Assembly (NCBI GenBank): GCA_010909165.1
Contig: MU008199.1
Coordinates: 138,617 to 202,616 of the forward strand
DNA: 64,000 nt
Origin: Anthoceros angustus
Lineage: Eukaryota > Plantae > Anthocerotophyta
Direction: 5' to 3'
Part shown: in pieces, positions 13,236 through 26,044 of the stretch
How the letters are laid out: each line of letters opens with the position of its first letter
Numbering within the stretch: the stretch's first letter is position 1
Notes under the pieces: generated by a model
The model's input: the letters and a program-made list of their open reading frames with translations, nothing else
The model's database searches: none
Told to the model about the DNA's origin: nothing
Position numbers and translations under genes: made by a program

Positions 13236-13905
13236 ACCAGTGTGAACTTGGCCGAACTCTTCAAGGAGAGTCACCATGTGGGTGAAAGCTCTTCGATCCA
13301 ACGTATGAAGAGTCTGCACAAAAATCTCCATGGATACTTTTGATCCATGTGCAGGCAGAGTCTGTTCTTCAACCCAAACTTGTACTATCCCGGCACTCTT
13401 CTCAGCCCTGACGAGTCCTAAAAGCTGTGTCGAGAGCGTCTCCTACACATTCGACAACCAAAAAATGACTACCACAAAATTGTGAAGGCCGTTTTTTCCG
13501 CTACAGCAATGCAGGTAACCTAAGAGCACCAGCACCAGAAGTAATAAGGCAAAGGAGCTTACAGTGTGTTCTTCGGCGTCCGTCTGAGAACCCGCTACTC
13601 AGCGCATCTTTCCCCGAGCCGAATGAGGAGAATTACAGCTGCCACTGCTGGTCATCTTCTCCGGCTATCTACGACTATAACTCATAGACGTTGCAAAAGC
13701 CCGATAAGAGACGGCTTCCTGGAGTTGAAGGCTTCTGTCGCATGAACGCCCTGGCAACACATGCCCTGGCAACATAGGTGTGTTTCCAATTGCTACTTCG
13801 GCCTCAGTTGCTGGCCCTTCAGAAAGAGCTCCGAACTCCGAGCAAATGAACCTTCGTCTGCCTGCCATGGCAGTGTTTCACCCCTCCAACACAATTGCCT
13901 GCAAG
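13236..13905 (-). pseudogene. Degenerate, internally deleted partial copy of the CBP80 gene
   Basis: 13236-13436 aligns to CBP80 exon sequence 17478-17680. 13437-13905 aligns to 20703-21152 (intron 1, exon 1, 5' region). Indels break the frame. Confidence 0.85.
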
Positions 13906-13936
13906 CAACCTTGAACCCTGGAAGCAACGTTATGAT

Positions 13937-15108
13937 TCAGCTATTGCTTTCGCTCTCTTCCTTCTCCAACTGCTTGATCAGCCTTGCACGTTCAGCTGCC
14001 TGCAACAGATATAGCAGTCAGAATGTTGGAACAGATACGCATACAACAGACAAAGAAAACAAGAAGCCAGTAGGCTCGATCTTACGAAAAAACCCCCTCC
14101 GCAGGATCTTACCTGCCGCAATTTCAACAGAGTTACATCTTCGTAGCGCTGGTATGCTGAACGAACATGATAGCCAGTTTCCACGCCATTGGGCTTGTGC
14201 CTCTCCTCTTTCACAGTTTGAGAAACCTTGCATTCTTCCGCTGGACAATGAGCGAGCACCACAGACAGCGGACTGGAAAAGTCTCCACAATCCGTTTTAG
14301 TGGCAAGAATCTGCACGACACAGAGATAAGTCAAATCAAACAGAGAGTTAAAAACCCTGCAACAACCTCAAGTGGAAAAGGCAACACACAAACCCTGAAG
14401 CAACCTCAAGTGGAGAAGGAAACATACCGCTGCATCTTTAGATCCCATGACAAGCAAGGCAGAACCTCTCCTTCTGGACTTGCTAGGCCGTACCACCACG
14501 TCTTCAACAGCGCCAAACTGCTGGAAAATTTCCCGCAACCTGGCTGCCGTATAGGCGCCAGAACCATCCTCGGAACAAGACCACGAAACCCTAACCATCC
14601 TCTCCTTGTCATCAGCTGTGACACTTCGGGCCGGCCTTGGCCCAAACGTTGAGGACGGGTTCATGTCCTCCTTGACCAAATCCTTGAGAGCGCTCTCCAT
14701 GCGGGCCTTCCGGATCCTGGCAATCTCAGCTTTCAACCGTTCTGCCGTAGCGCTTTCAGCTCTACGTTGCTGCTCCTCCACCTCATGGGCTCGTTCCCTG
14801 TCCCTCAAATCTTGCATCAGTTTTTGGCGCTTAGCACTGTGCTTGCCCTCCTTCTCCACCCTGGCCCTGCGCACCGCCAGCAACTCATCGTAGGCCTTCC
14901 TTGCCTGCTCGTCCGATAGGACCTCGTACGCCTTCTGCAGCTTCCTAAACTCCTCAGCAGCAACGGCATCCCCGGGCCTCTTGTCCGGGTGACATGAAAG
15001 CGCTTTGGACCGATAGGCCTTGCGAATCTCTGGCTGTGTGATTTTGAACAGGGCATCCTCTGATGCCTCGAATCCCAGGTCCCTGTAGAACTCTTCTTCT
15101 CCTTCCAT
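13937..15108 (-). CDS. DnaJ homolog subfamily C member 17-like (J-domain + RRM; Cwc23-like), 3 exons
   Basis: J-domain EIRKAYRSKALSCHPDKRP...FRKLQKAYEVLSD, a coiled coil, RRM-like LREIFQQFGAVEDVV...GSALLVM, and C-terminal YEDVTLLKLRQ|AAERARLIKQLEKEE. Confidence 0.92.
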
Positions 15109-15454
15109 CTCTCGAGTCCGAATCCAGACAGATCTTCGAACTCTTACCACGCCGCGGCTACCTTCGTCTACGACTGAACCCAAACGTGAAATGATTTATT
15201 TGTGAAATACCGTACCTAGACACCTACACTGCACAAAATGAGAACGAGACTGCTCCCCTTGTTGTAGAGGAAACTACCCTTCTACATATAAAGAAATCTG
15301 AGATTATTATGGTGAGGCAGAGCGAGATCTCCTCTCGGCAAAGCTAGCGCGCATACCCACCGCGTGGAGTTCCCGGAAGCGCGACCGGAAGAGGCGGACC
15401 AGAGGCAGCACCTTGTAGGGCCGGGGAAGGCTAAAGGCAGTGAGACCGGCAGAC

Positions 15455-15934
15455 ATGGGGAGAGTGCCAGTGCGCCTGAGGGAGGTGCAGTATGCCCTCT
15501 CTCCGTTTGAGCAGGACATCATGTCCGGCCTGTGGAAGGACGCCTCCTACAAGATCACCAAGAAGATTACTGAGAACTGGGCGTCTGCCTTGACCCTGGT
15601 TGTGCCAGTCGTCGGAACCTACTGGTGTGTTCTTCTTCTCTTACTCTTGTGTCGTCGCTTGAGCTGTGCATCTATTCGGGATGTAGGTTTCAGTAGCAGT
15701 GGTGCTGGCTGCAACTGGTTTTTGTGTGGAGGCATGGAAGTCTGAGGTGTCGGGATTGTGGAGGTTGCTTGCTTTAGGTCTTGCTTCCACGTTGTGAAAT
15801 TGTGATGTGCTCTCTGTTGCACCAGTCAAGGCTCTCTGTTGCACCAGTCTTCACATTCTTCGTCGCTGAATTTGGTGATTCTCAGGTATGCGGGGTACTT
15901 CAAAGAACAGGAGAAGCTTCATCATCGGTACTGA
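15455..15934 (+). CDS. QCR8: Cytochrome b-c1 complex subunit 8, 2 exons
   Basis: Spliced protein MGRVPVRLREVQYALSPFEQDIMSGLWKD...ENWASALTLVVPVVGTYW|YAGYFKEQEKLHHRY matches plant QCR8. Intron ~15626-15885. Confidence 0.95.
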
Positions 15935-16182
15935 GATGTCCATCTCGGTTGCTTGGTTGTCCGACTGTGGAATCTAGTTAATTGGAGCATTAGGGCGCGC
16001 ATTTGGATATTTCACTCGGTCGCTATTCGGTATTGGTTACTGCCGGTGTTTTCCTCTGTCTACATGTATTAGACAACTTGGATGTAATGATTCTTGTAAC
16101 CGGAGCAAAGGTCCCACGGTTTCCCAGCGACCTGGAAATACAAAAATGTCTTGACTGCGAGCTTTTGTGATGCAGTACAGTG

Positions 16183-19100
16183 CTAAGTTGGCACGACGGG
16201 ATCTATTTTCATGGAATTAGAACTCCTCCTCAGTATCAAGTTAATTGCCTCAGCTATCAGTGGGTGTAGATCTCCAGAGAACACTTCCGCATCCAGCTTG
16301 TCGATCAGCATCCAGACCTGCAGTCCCAGAGAAGCACGTGACTACTACGAACCCGAATTCACCGTAATGGAGAAAATCCGGAATATCTATACCTCGTTGG
16401 AGTAATGTCGGACAATGACCCTCAACCATCCCAAAGTGCACCTTAGCCATTGCTGTTCCTCAAGGTCCTCCGTCTCCGTGTCTACTTTGCCATTTGCCGT
16501 CGCCCTGCGAGGGGACACACAATCCAGGCACGTTCAGCTCGCAATGATTCATGGGATGAACATGCAAAAGATAAATGCTCTACAGGTAAATATGCAAGCA
16601 TGACAATACAGTTCATTCTTGGCTTCGCCATCGGTTGGTTCCTGGCCCTCTGATGGCGGAGGCACATCCACATCCATGGGCTTCTGCTCAGTGTCGTCAC
16701 CCTCTTGTGGGTCTTTGATTGCTTCAGGTTTCGATAGCCTCTCAGTCAACACCAACACGAAGCTCTGAAAAATGGTTATGAACAGGGCCTGTACCGCCAA
16801 CCCCAGAGCCCCAATCAAAATAGAGCTGGGCAAGCAGTCCCCACCCATAGTCAACAACAGCATGAACGATATCACAAGAGCGCACCTCTTGTTCTCTGAT
16901 GGCACGCGCCAACAGTGCCTCTTTGGCTTCAAGAGCTTCTTGGGCCGAGTTTGCCTCCTCATTCTTCTTCTTTAACATTAGCTGGGACCATTCAAGCTTT
17001 GCTGAAGCCTCTGGATTTCCCTCGTCCTCCTCATGAACACTTTTTGCAGTCTCAGATTTTATCTTGGCCTCATTTGCAGCAACACTTGCCTCCTTGGCAG
17101 CCTTGTCTGCAGCTGCAAGCTCCTTTTTCAGGTCCGTGGTTCGATTGTTTGTCTTGTTTATTGCATTTCGAAGCACCTGAAACAACATGCACCAGAGCCA
17201 ATATTCAGTCCTTCAGCTAGTACGGATCACTCGGACCAGGATGACACTCAACCTGGTGAAGAAACCACACCACGAGCATACCTCCCAAATGTGATCTGAT
17301 GTGTGGAACCGCTGTACATTGTAGTCCGTAAACACCCATTTGACAATCGCCAGATTTGAAACTATGCGATAACCCATCATTCTATCAACAGCAATGGAGA
17401 TCATCTGGTGTGAATTTTGCCAGAAAGCAGCTACTACTTCTACCACCAGTGCTTGACTGGCCACATCAGGAGCCAACTTGTGTAGCACTTGGCCAAACTT
17501 TTCGAGCACAGTCACCATGTGGGTGAAGCTCTTTGATCCAACGTATAGAAGAGTCTGCACGAGAATCTCAATGGCAACTTTTGATCCATGTGCAGGCAGA
17601 AGCTGCTCTTCAACCCAAACTTGTACTATCCGAGCAGTCTTCTTACCCCTGACCAGTCCTATAAGCTCTGTGGCAAGAGCTATCTCAGCCTCAGACGCCT
17701 TCCCTTGCTTGTCAGCACTATATTTAAAACTGACACTCGATTTTGGTGGTAATAACCTGGCCAGGCGTGGAACTGTTTGAACACTCTGCACCAATAAAAC
17801 ACATCATACAGAAGCAGAAGGAATCCTTCAAAAGCATTCAGCAGCTACACCCCAAGACGAAAATCATATCCTACCTCCTTCACTCTTTCCCAATATGAGA
17901 GCCGAATTTCTTTCTCCAAAACTTCCTCGGCAAAAACCCGTTGTGGCGACCAGATAGGCTGATCCAATACATGTTCCCACTCCTCCCAAGGCCAGACAAA
18001 CTGAAAATTCGATCTGGAAAATATCATGATGTCAACCTTAAACAACAACTATCAAACAGAAATAGCACAGACAGGACCTCATAACACTGAAACAAATGGA
18101 ATGAAAGAAACATACAGGTGATGAGCTAGCCACTGAGTCAGGCGGGTATTACACTCAACGTCCATTTCTCCAATACGTGCAAAGAGAGCACGAACAGCTG
18201 CAGCCAAAACAGCGGGAAATGCCCCTGGTAGCGCCTAGAAATCGACATGCATCAAAACGTTCAGTTTGAGCCCTTGCCCACATGCAAGCGAAACAGGTGC
18301 AAAACAGTTAGTTGTGCAGGTGGCACATGCATTGAACACTGCAAACATAAATCAGAAGCAGGACTCAGCCAGCTAAGGCTCGAGGACTCACCTTGCAAAG
18401 GTCCACCATCACAATGGTGTAGTATATAAGCTTGAAAGGCGGTTTAGGCAAAAGCAGTAACTACAAGACAACAACCATAAGCTGAGACCAGAAGCAGGTA
18501 GCTGTTTTATAACCATGAAATAACCGGACAATGACTTTTCATTCACATGCAGAAATGCACACTCCCAGAGTTCAAAGCCTTGTGCGATATACCTGAGAGA
18601 ATATTGTTTCAGCCAACAAGTATTCGTAGCGAAAGGGAACAGGGAGGCCACCCAAGTATGCTGCACATTCCTTTCGACTGGAGGCAGGAAAGACATCAGT
18701 GTGCATGCAAATCACTGTGAATATATAAGCACATAATGGGTACAAACGGCTCCAAGTACCGTGAGAGGCTTACCACCCATTTAAGTAGAAAAGAACATCC
18801 AAAATGTACTCTTCCACGATAAACCGATCGACAGGTGAGATTTTCTGGGACAAAAAACCTTAGATTCAGTTAGAGTAATAGCAAACGAACCTGGACTGTA
18901 ATAGCACACGAACTAGAGCGCAGGTTGAACGACAGATTTTGGACATTTCCACTGCATGCTGCCAGGCTAGGTTTTCCAAGCACCTCATCAGTCATTGAAG
19001 AAGGGAATATATGTAGCCGCCTCATTCGTGGGGGAAACTTCTCAGCAGCCTCATGTTGCTGCTGCCCTATAGAGGTGTCTGTTTGCGGTGAAATTGGTGG

Positions 19101-20922
19101 AGGTGTGTCAGGACACTCAAGAGGACCAAAGTCATGACTCTGTGCTGTTGCCAGGCGTGCTTCAAAAACCCGATGTGGTCTTGGAGCTGTGTCAAAACAA
19201 AGGGCATAGAGACAGGGTCCCCACACTTTCCTAAGCTGGGGCATTTCTTAATTGCACGAAAAAGATGAAAGCTTTCCAGTTGTGATCATCCAATTCAGAG
19301 CCCCTACCACTGTCAAGCTTCCAGCCACTGTCACGAAGCGCCTGTATCCTCTGCCAGAGGTCCTCCAGGTAGTCCTACAAGAAAATGCAAAAACTATTTT
19401 CTATTACAAAAAGGAAGTAGCACAAAGTAGAATGAGTCAAAGAATGCTTGTAAGACTTAAAGAACTTGGCTCTTACGCTTTGTTGGTCAGAATCCTTCAC
19501 ATCAAACACCAGCAATGCAGGTTCAAGTACACACTTCCTGAGACGAAAATAGGCCTCCACACCAAGCAGGACTCGCTCGAGCTCTTCTGGAACACGCTGC
19601 ATGAGACAAGTGCAGATTATTTCATTTGAAGCAACCCTCAAATACATGGATGCATGTAGAGATCAACCTAGCTGGAGATGCTCACCTCTGTGAGGTCCAG
19701 TCCGCCCCAGGGAAGGCATGCCAGTATGCAGGTGACATAAAAATCTGCCCGTGGTTGCCAACAAGGGTTGCCTCTATCTTCATCAACTGTTGTTGCTGCT
19801 GACGATACAAGCATCTCAAACACGTCTATCAGGGAAGCTGACGCCACAACATTGCTGCATGTCTGGACAGACCCAAGACAGTTCATTAGATAAGCCTTGC
19901 AGGCATGAATTTTGGAAACCCACCACTACAGATGATCATAACTTTGTTTGCCCCCTCAGCTGAACTATCACAACAAACGACTGAGCTGGAAAACTGCTCA
20001 TGATAGGCCTTTAATGAACCTAAAAACGCTTCCTCTCTATGACACTACACAATGGACTGTGATAGGAAAAGAAAAGGAACCTCACCAGCACTGTCAAGAA
20101 GCGCATCAAAATCCGGATTTGATTGCAATTTCCTGCTGCAAGTGCATCCTGTTGGCACAGTGAAGTTAAGGTGTACACACCTCCCAGGTCTTACATCCCC
20201 AACACGGACAAAAAAACCATCAAATCTTACCTGCAGCCTAGTGTGGACCTCACCCACAACTTTTGCACCAAACTCATTGTCTTCAAGATTTATCAAGCCT
20301 ACCTGAAACCAGAATGAAAAGCCCACCAATAAGGAGCTCACAGACTGCGGAGATCATGAGGCAGGAGAAAAAAAACTTTCCGGAGCAGAGAAGTCTCTGC
20401 ACAAGCATAATCTTACCAAGGTGCCATACAATGGGCTCTTATGTGGTAGCTCCTCCGCACATTGCAACAACAACTTTGAGTGCAAGCAGCACCAAGCACA
20501 ACTTTAGTTCCCCGAAAGTCCGAAATCACCAACTTCCAGATACAATCTCTAACTTCCAGCAGGAACTTTCAGCGTTGCGAACGTGTAGCAGGTTGGAGCA
20601 AACCAAATTGCTCCTAGCCCCAAGTCAGGGCAAACAACTTACTGCAACGATGTCGTCCCTCGCAGATGAGTGCTGCAGCTCCTTATGAAGCTGGGTGTAG
20701 CACGTCTCCTAGACATTCCACAACCAAAACAATGACATTGCAAAATCACGACGGCCGTTCCTTCCGCTACAGCGAACCAGTTGACCTAGCAGCAACAGCA
20801 CCATAATTGATAAGGCAGGAGCTTACAATGTGATCTTCGGCGTCCGTGTGAGCACCCCCGTACTCAGCGCATCTTTCCCCGAGCCGAATGAGAAGAGAAT
20901 TCCAGCTGCCACTGCTGGTCAT
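16183..20922 (-). CDS. CBP80: Nuclear cap-binding protein subunit 1 (CBP80/ABH1), many exons
   Basis: Exons MTSSGSWNSLLIRLGERCAEYG..EDHI, CAEELPHKSPLYGTL, GNPCWQPRADFYVTCILACLPWGG, SPVDRFIVEEYILDVL, SNFQFVWPWEEW..VLEKEIRLSYWERVK, GSKSFTHMVTVLE and VWMLIDKLDAEVFSGDLHPL are collinear with plant ABH1. Confidence 0.96.
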
Positions 20923-21499
20923 CTTCTTCGGCTACCTACGACTATCACGCATAGACGTTGCAGAAGCCCGAAGAGAGGCGGCTTTCCCGAGTCTAAGGCT
21001 TCTGCTGCATGAATGCCCTGGCAACATAAATGTTTGCCATTGCCATTTCCGCCTCACTGATTCCCTTTCAGAAAAAGCTCCGAACTTCGAGACAATGAAC
21101 CTTCTTCTGCTTGCAATGGCAGTGTTCCCTTCAACACAATTGCCTGCACGCGACCTGGAAGCAACAAAGGAAAACTGCTTTGCACTGAATTCAAAAACCC
21201 TTAAACCTGACTATCACGTAAGGTAAAGCCCGTGCTATGTATGCTCTTTACGGACTAAATGTGTGTCCAAATGGCTTTTATTATTAGGCCAAATGGACAC
21301 ACATTTGAATACGTTCCTGTTAAGCTTCATGTGGTTTAGATCGGTACCTGGAGGGGTGCCTAGAGGTGATACCCATGGTGCAATAGTTGAAGACTGTTTT
21401 GGAGATCTAGGATCTATTTCTCCACCATAAGACATCTATTTTGTTTGAAGGGCACTTTCTTTTTTTCTTTGTGTTCGTTTTTGAAGGGCAATTGCTTAA

Positions 21500-21762
21500 G
21501 TGTTCCTTTTCGAAGAGCAGTTGCTTCTTTCTTGTGTGTTCCTTTTCGAAGAGCAGTTGCTTCTTTCTTGTGTGTTCCTTTTCTTGTGTGTTCCTTTTCG
21601 AAGAGCAGTTGCTTCTTTCTTGTGTGTTCCTTTTCGAAGAGCAGTTGCTTCTTTCTTGTGTGTTCCTTTTCGAAGAGCAGTTGCTTCTTTCTTTCGTGTT
21701 CCTTTTCGAAGAGCAGTTGCTTCTTTCTTTTGTGTTCCTTTTCGAAGAGCAGTTGCTTCTTT
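21500..21762. repeat. 36-bp tandem repeat (~7 copies)
   Basis: Unit TGTTCCTTTTCGAAGAGCAGTTGCTTCTTTCTTGTG. It produces repeat ORFs in all six frames. Confidence 0.95.
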
Positions 21763-22048
21763 TCCCAGTCCTCGGGCGAGGTTGAGCCTTTGCTTGTTGT
21801 CCACAATGAAATTTTAAGTTAAAGATTGGGGGTTTCTTATTAAAGGAGAAGAGATGGGGTGAGCTCATCTATCGCTCAAAGATCAACACGAGAGGCCAAC
21901 ATGAGCGACCCGCAGGGATTAGCGCAAGAAGGAGCAATTAAGCTATGAATCAAAAATCACCTATGGTCCTACAATATCATGACTAAGCAGGTTAAAAAGC
22001 CTACATACAACAGAAGTAATGGAGATTGCATCAACTATTATTATCGTT

Positions 22049-22385
22049 GCTGTGAGGATGGCTCATGCACGTGCCCGTTAACGTTTAAGTTTAAGCCTTT
22101 GCTTGTTGTCCTCAATGAAGTTTTAAGTTAAGTGGAATTATTATCCTGGAGACTTTGATCGGTCATTGGTACAATGGAAGTCTAGGCTGTGAGGATGGCT
22201 CATGCACGTGCCCGTTAAGTCTAGGCTGTGAGGATGGCTCATGCACGTGCCCTGTGAGGATGGCTCATGCACGTGCCCATTAACATTTAAGTTTAAGCCT
22301 TTGCTTGTTGTCCTCAATGAAGTTTTAAGTTAAGTGGAATTATTATCCTGGAGACTTTGATCGGTCATTGGTACAATGGAAGTCT
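22049..22385. repeat. Local nested duplications
   Basis: CTGTGAGGATGGCTCATGCACGTGCCC occurs four times. A ~135-bp block (…TTTAAGCCTTTGCTTGTTGTCCTCAATG…GGAAGTCT) occurs twice. Confidence 0.85.
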
Positions 22386-22447
22386 CGACACGCCATGCTA
22401 CATATTTCATAGGCACTATGGCGCACTTCTATAAACTCGTTCACCAA

Positions 22448-22700
22448 TGTCTGGAGCGCACCATAAGACAAGGTTAATTAATAACCCTCATTATTCAATG
22501 AAACTTTGTGAGCGGAAGCTCATAGAATTGCAAAAAGAAATAAGATAATTAATTAAAGTTGAATACAAAATTGTCTCGAGTACTTCTTGTGAGCACGTGT
22601 GTGTCCGTTCACCACTAACCTAGATATTAAATAAATCATAAATAATAATTGATAGGTTAATAACAACCTCTCACATTCTAACACTCCCACTTAACCTAAG
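22448..22700 (-). mobile_element. Probable LTR (Copia-like) with polypurine tract
   Basis: The minus strand reads GGTTAAGTGGGAG|TGTTAG...CTCCAGACA, i.e. a PPT followed by a TGT…ACA LTR of ~236 bp. No partner LTR was found. Confidence 0.45.
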
Positions 22701-23294
22701 CAGGTTATTATGCATTCACCACTTAACTTCAAGTAAATAATGGTAAATAATAGTAAATACGAATGAATACGAGTAAATATGGATAAATATGGGTAGCTAA
22801 ATTATGCATTCGTAGTAGTTAGGTAGACTTCTAGTGAGAGAAAGTTATTTTACTTTTTTAACTTTTACAAATATTGAATCAAGTGTTAAATAAGGTCAAA
22901 TAAATTTATCTTAACCCTAAAAACTGCTACCAAGTTTAGTTTGGGTGTGTGATAAACATTGACAGGCGAAAAAGAATGTAGGTGCTTACTAGAAGATAGA
23001 CAGCTGCAACTAGCACTGGTTGCACGTGGAACTCGAGAAGTAGAAACAGAGTGTCACATCTTCAAAGAGACGACAACGAATCAGATAATTAGGGGATAAT
23101 CTTGCCCAAAGAAACTCAGACTCAATGAACGGACCTCTCAATGAAAACTTGCCAATAGGTTCAGTTAGGGTGTGTGATAAACATTGATAAGGGAAAATAC
23201 ATACTAACCAGAAGATAGACAGGATCAACTTGCAAGACATTGGTCACACACTTCACTAAAGAAATAAAACATAGAGATGTCAAAAAATTACAGA

Positions 23295-23462
23295 CATATC
23301 TATAAAAAAACGGATATAGAAAATTAGACAAAGATGACTGGAGGAATAATACATCCCTAAAGAACATGGACAATAACATCTATAAAAAAACGGTCATAGA
23401 AAATTAGACAAAGATGATTGGAGGAATAATAAATCCCTAAAGAACATGGACAATAACATCTG
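23295..23462. repeat. ~80-bp tandem duplication
   Basis: ATCTATAAAAAAACGG..ATAGAAAATTAGACAAAGATGA..CCCTAAAGAACATGGACAATAAC occurs twice. Confidence 0.85.
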
Positions 23463-24541
23463 GAACACTTACAAACCAATGCACCTGACTAGCTTTTCAA
23501 AGCAGACATAAAGCAAAGCAAACAGCTCAGAGTGAAAGGATCAATAACAAGAACTCTTAGCCAAAACTGCCAATAGAGACAAACCGTAACCCTTAGCCAA
23601 AGCACACCCACGTCGCCGACACATCTAGAACACAAACAAACCAATGCACCTATCGTGCAGATATAACACATTCAACTCTAGTTCGGCATCACATCAAAGC
23701 AGCCACAAGCAATGAAACCTCATCCACTCACCTTTCACACAATCACATGCTGCCATCTAGCTCCAGCAAGTCGGATACGCATCCCACACTACCTCGGCTA
23801 CCTCGCGGCCTCCCCTTCCTCTAACACTCCCTCGGATCGGATGCGAAGCCAGCTCCAGGCTCTCTACCTGCCCTCCCTCATCAGGGCACTCATCGAGGCC
23901 CGAGGGGAATGCGGAGCTAAATGCAATGTCATGTAAGACTTATACATCTATCTATATCACATATAAGTAATAATAAATTATTGTACAGGTAATGCTTAGC
24001 TATGCTATGATATATATGAACTGCATAATAATAGTTTTCAATATAAAATGACTGGAGTGTACCACGTGACCTGAAAGATGCTTTCCCATGTGAGCGGCAC
24101 AACAACACTGACTTGTGTCCAGCCCCCATAGCGTGACGATGTGGATGTTATTAAATTACCAGAAAGAGGGCATAATTTTCTTTCTCACTCTTGGGGCGCC
24201 GCCCAGATGCAGAAACGAACTGCTCACATGATGTGAGTATACCACTAGTAGACAACGGAGAATTCCAAAAGAGACTGCTCTGGAACACATTATCTGCTAC
24301 CTCTACCATCCGAAGCTTGACGCCAGAAGACTCGGGGTTCAGAGAAGTCAGATGCCACAACCATTTAAGCACACCAGACTCCTCCAGCACAAGTCACACG
24401 AATCCTGTCTCTTCACCGCGAATTCTGCCTTCTGAGACGTCTCAAAGCTCTTGCCTTCCGGCAATCTCGGTCTCTCGATCCCGGATCCCGACCGAGGACC
24501 GAGGCAGATCGCGAATTGTGTGAAGGAATTCGATTCGAACC

Positions 24542-26044
24542 ATGGCCGCAAGGATCGCCTGCACACCGTCCTCCGCGGCACTCAACTGCGCAGCTTCGAG
24601 AAACGCCGAGAGCAATCTGAAGCTCCCGCAGCGGCCGGCCCGGGTGAACGTTGGGCGGACCGGTCTCCCTTTCGCAACGCAGCGTTGCGCTGTCTTGGGT
24701 GATGGGTTCTCGGCCTCGGAGTTCGTGAGTGGCCGGGCGTGGAATTCGGGTGAGCCCAGGAGGCTGGGAATTGCTGGAGTTGGGAATGTGGGGGTGGGCG
24801 GGAAGGAGAAGGAGCTGGTGGACAAGCTGCGTGCTGCGGTTTCCAATCTGGGGGGGAATTTGAAGGTGAGGCGGGATCGGAGTGTGTGTGTGCTTGAACT
24901 GGTCGTGGTGATTGCGTCGTGGCTGATCCGCGTGCGGGGATTGAATTGGGCAGCAGGACCTGGACGACGATGCTCTGCTGCGCTTCCTGCGAGCCCAGTC
25001 GCTGAAGGTGGACAAGGCGGCTGAGAAGGTTGTGGCCCATCTGCGGTGGAAGGCCGGGACCAAGCCCCGGGGCTACGTCCCGGAAGCGCAGATCCGGGAG
25101 CAGCTCGCTCACGGCAAGTTCTTCTTGCAAGGGCATACCAAGCAGGGGTTGCCGGTGTTCGCCATCCTGGGACGGAAGCATGTACCCGCCGACTCCGAGC
25201 AATTCAAACGTACGGATTCTGGGGAATCGGGTTTCTTGGTTGGTCTTGCGTCTCTGCTCAAGGAGGATATCATGTTCTCATGCTGTGTGGCAAGCCTTGA
25301 TACGGTACCGTTGCACTGTTTTTGCAGGCTTCGTCACTTTCGCACTCGACAAGACATTGGCAGGGTGAGTTCATGCATGCGCAGCAGCTGCTGCTTGGTT
25401 GATCTTGTTGTGCAGTTTCGCTGTCCTACGTGGGGTTTTCGGTACCGAGGTTCCTGACAGCAACGTCTTTCCGATTTTCTGCAGTGCCCCTCCAGGACAG
25501 CCGCAGGTTGTGGGCATTGTCGATCTCAAGGGCCTTGGTTTCGGGAATTTGGATGCCAACGGATATATTGCAGGTTTCCTTATTCTTCAGGTAACACATG
25601 CATCTGCAAATTAGTTATATATACTACCGTCTGGGTCTTTGAGAGATTGTGAAGCTGGGTTTGATTCTCATCGCACCGTTTGTGGCTGATTTCAGGACCA
25701 GTATCCAGGAAACCTGCAGAAGATGTTCATGGTGAACGTTCCCTTCATCTTCAACGGCGTCTGGAAAGTGGTGTCTCCCTTTCTCGATGAACAAACTCGG
25801 TCCAAGGTAGACTGGCTTGCACTGGACAAATGGGTTCGATTAGTGATGTGTAGAATCCGTCTGTAGTTTGTGCATTTCCATGTCCTGACTGCGAATTTGT
25901 TGGCAGGTCATTTTTGTTCCTGACAACAAGTTGAAGGAAACACTTTTGGCGGAAATAGATAGAGATCAGTTACCAGTTGAATATGGCGGGACTGCAAAGT
26001 TCGTTCCCCTTCAGGATGCCGTGGTGAAGGGTTACAGAACCTGA
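24542..26044 (+). CDS. CRAL-TRIO / Sec14-like lipid-binding protein, ~6 exons
   Basis: DLDDDALLRFLRAQSLKVDKAAEKVVAHLRWK, KFFLQGHTKQGLPV, IVDLKGLGFGNLD, QDQYPGNLQKMFMVNVPFIFNGVWKVVSPFLDEQTRSKVIFV and QLPVEYGG. Confidence 0.93.

Noticed and set aside
21407-21868. 36-bp repeat as a CRISPR array or repeat protein
   Set aside because: Units are contiguous with no unique spacers, there are no cas genes, and the context is eukaryotic.
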